From: Haplodiscus bocki | Lineage: Eukaryota | Length of the DNA stretch: 64,000 nt | Direction: 5' to 3' | Assembly (NCBI GenBank): GCA_965655095.1 | Contig: OZ296658.1 | Coordinates: forward strand, 60,574,001 to 60,638,000 | Shown: positions 63,475 to 64,000 of the stretch, piece by piece | How the letters are laid out: every line of letters begins with the position of its first letter | Numbering within the stretch: the first letter of the stretch is position 1 | The notes under the pieces: generated by a model | Seen by the model: only the letters and a program-made list of their open reading frames with translations | Databases searched by the model: none | Told to the model about the DNA's origin: nothing | Made by a program: the position numbers and the translations under genes

Positions 63475-64000
63475 AATAACGAGGACATATGAGCGTAGTG
63501 ATATGAGGCAGTTAGCATAAAAATTAATTGGTCTTTTTGTAGAGTTTTTAGGTTTTGATATCTGATCCCATTTGTCGGCAAAATTTGCAAACGAAACGTT
63601 CGTAAAGAGATGACAAAAGCGAGTTGTAAATTCTCTCTTTGGCAACAACTTGGGAAGTACCCATACTGATCTCAAAAATGTGGGGTCTGGCAGCTTTTCA
63701 AATCTTCATCGTTGACAGTGTTGACGCCACGTGAAAGTTTGTCGAAGGTGAGTTGAGAAGAATGGGGTGACAAGCAATTTTTTTTGTTTCGCCTTCTGGT
63801 AAAAACTGTATATATCGGAGTCAAGTGGAAAACATGGATTGAATGAAAAAATTATGATTTCCTTTGCAATGAAGAAAATTTAGGTTGTCAAAGGCTCGCT
63901 AACAAGAAGTGAAGTAAGAGTTTAGAAGCCATCTTGGGACATGATGTCGAACATAGAGAGTCACAAACAAACTCAGATTGAAAACTTTTGAGTTTGAGAT

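Larger units (their letters stand above)
60791..64000. other. Non-satellite flanking DNA, AT-rich, no recognisable intact gene
   Basis: No satellite anchors, the T-over-A bias of the plus strand is lost, and there are only short ORFs with no motif I can identify with confidence. Confidence 0.75.

Overview
This window is almost entirely non-coding satellite DNA, most likely eukaryotic, and it captures the right-hand end of a large tandem array. Positions 1 to about 53.2 kb hold about 27 head-to-tail copies of a ~2.0-kb unit (1,986-2,005 bp, mean ~1,997). The unit is a higher-order repeat (HOR) of three diverged ~660-670-bp monomers (A, B, C) that share a conserved TGTTGCCAAGCTCAGC-type block. 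From about 53.2 to 60.8 kb the array decays in layers: first a diverged A-B-C trimer, then a C-D-A-B-C-D stretch containing a fourth monomer (D) that the homogeneous array lacks, then unassignable monomers. I infer an older ~2.64-kb tetramer from which the present trimer arose by loss of one monomer. Inside the array are near-identical neighbouring units, a haplotype boundary near 38.7 kb and long-range patch exchanges, including a 338-bp tract identical to a copy 28 kb away. The last ~3.2 kb is non-satellite flank with no gene I can identify. The many short ORFs in the track are by-products of the repeat. I could not support any rRNA, tRNA, CRISPR or intact mobile element. All alignments and counts were done by eye.
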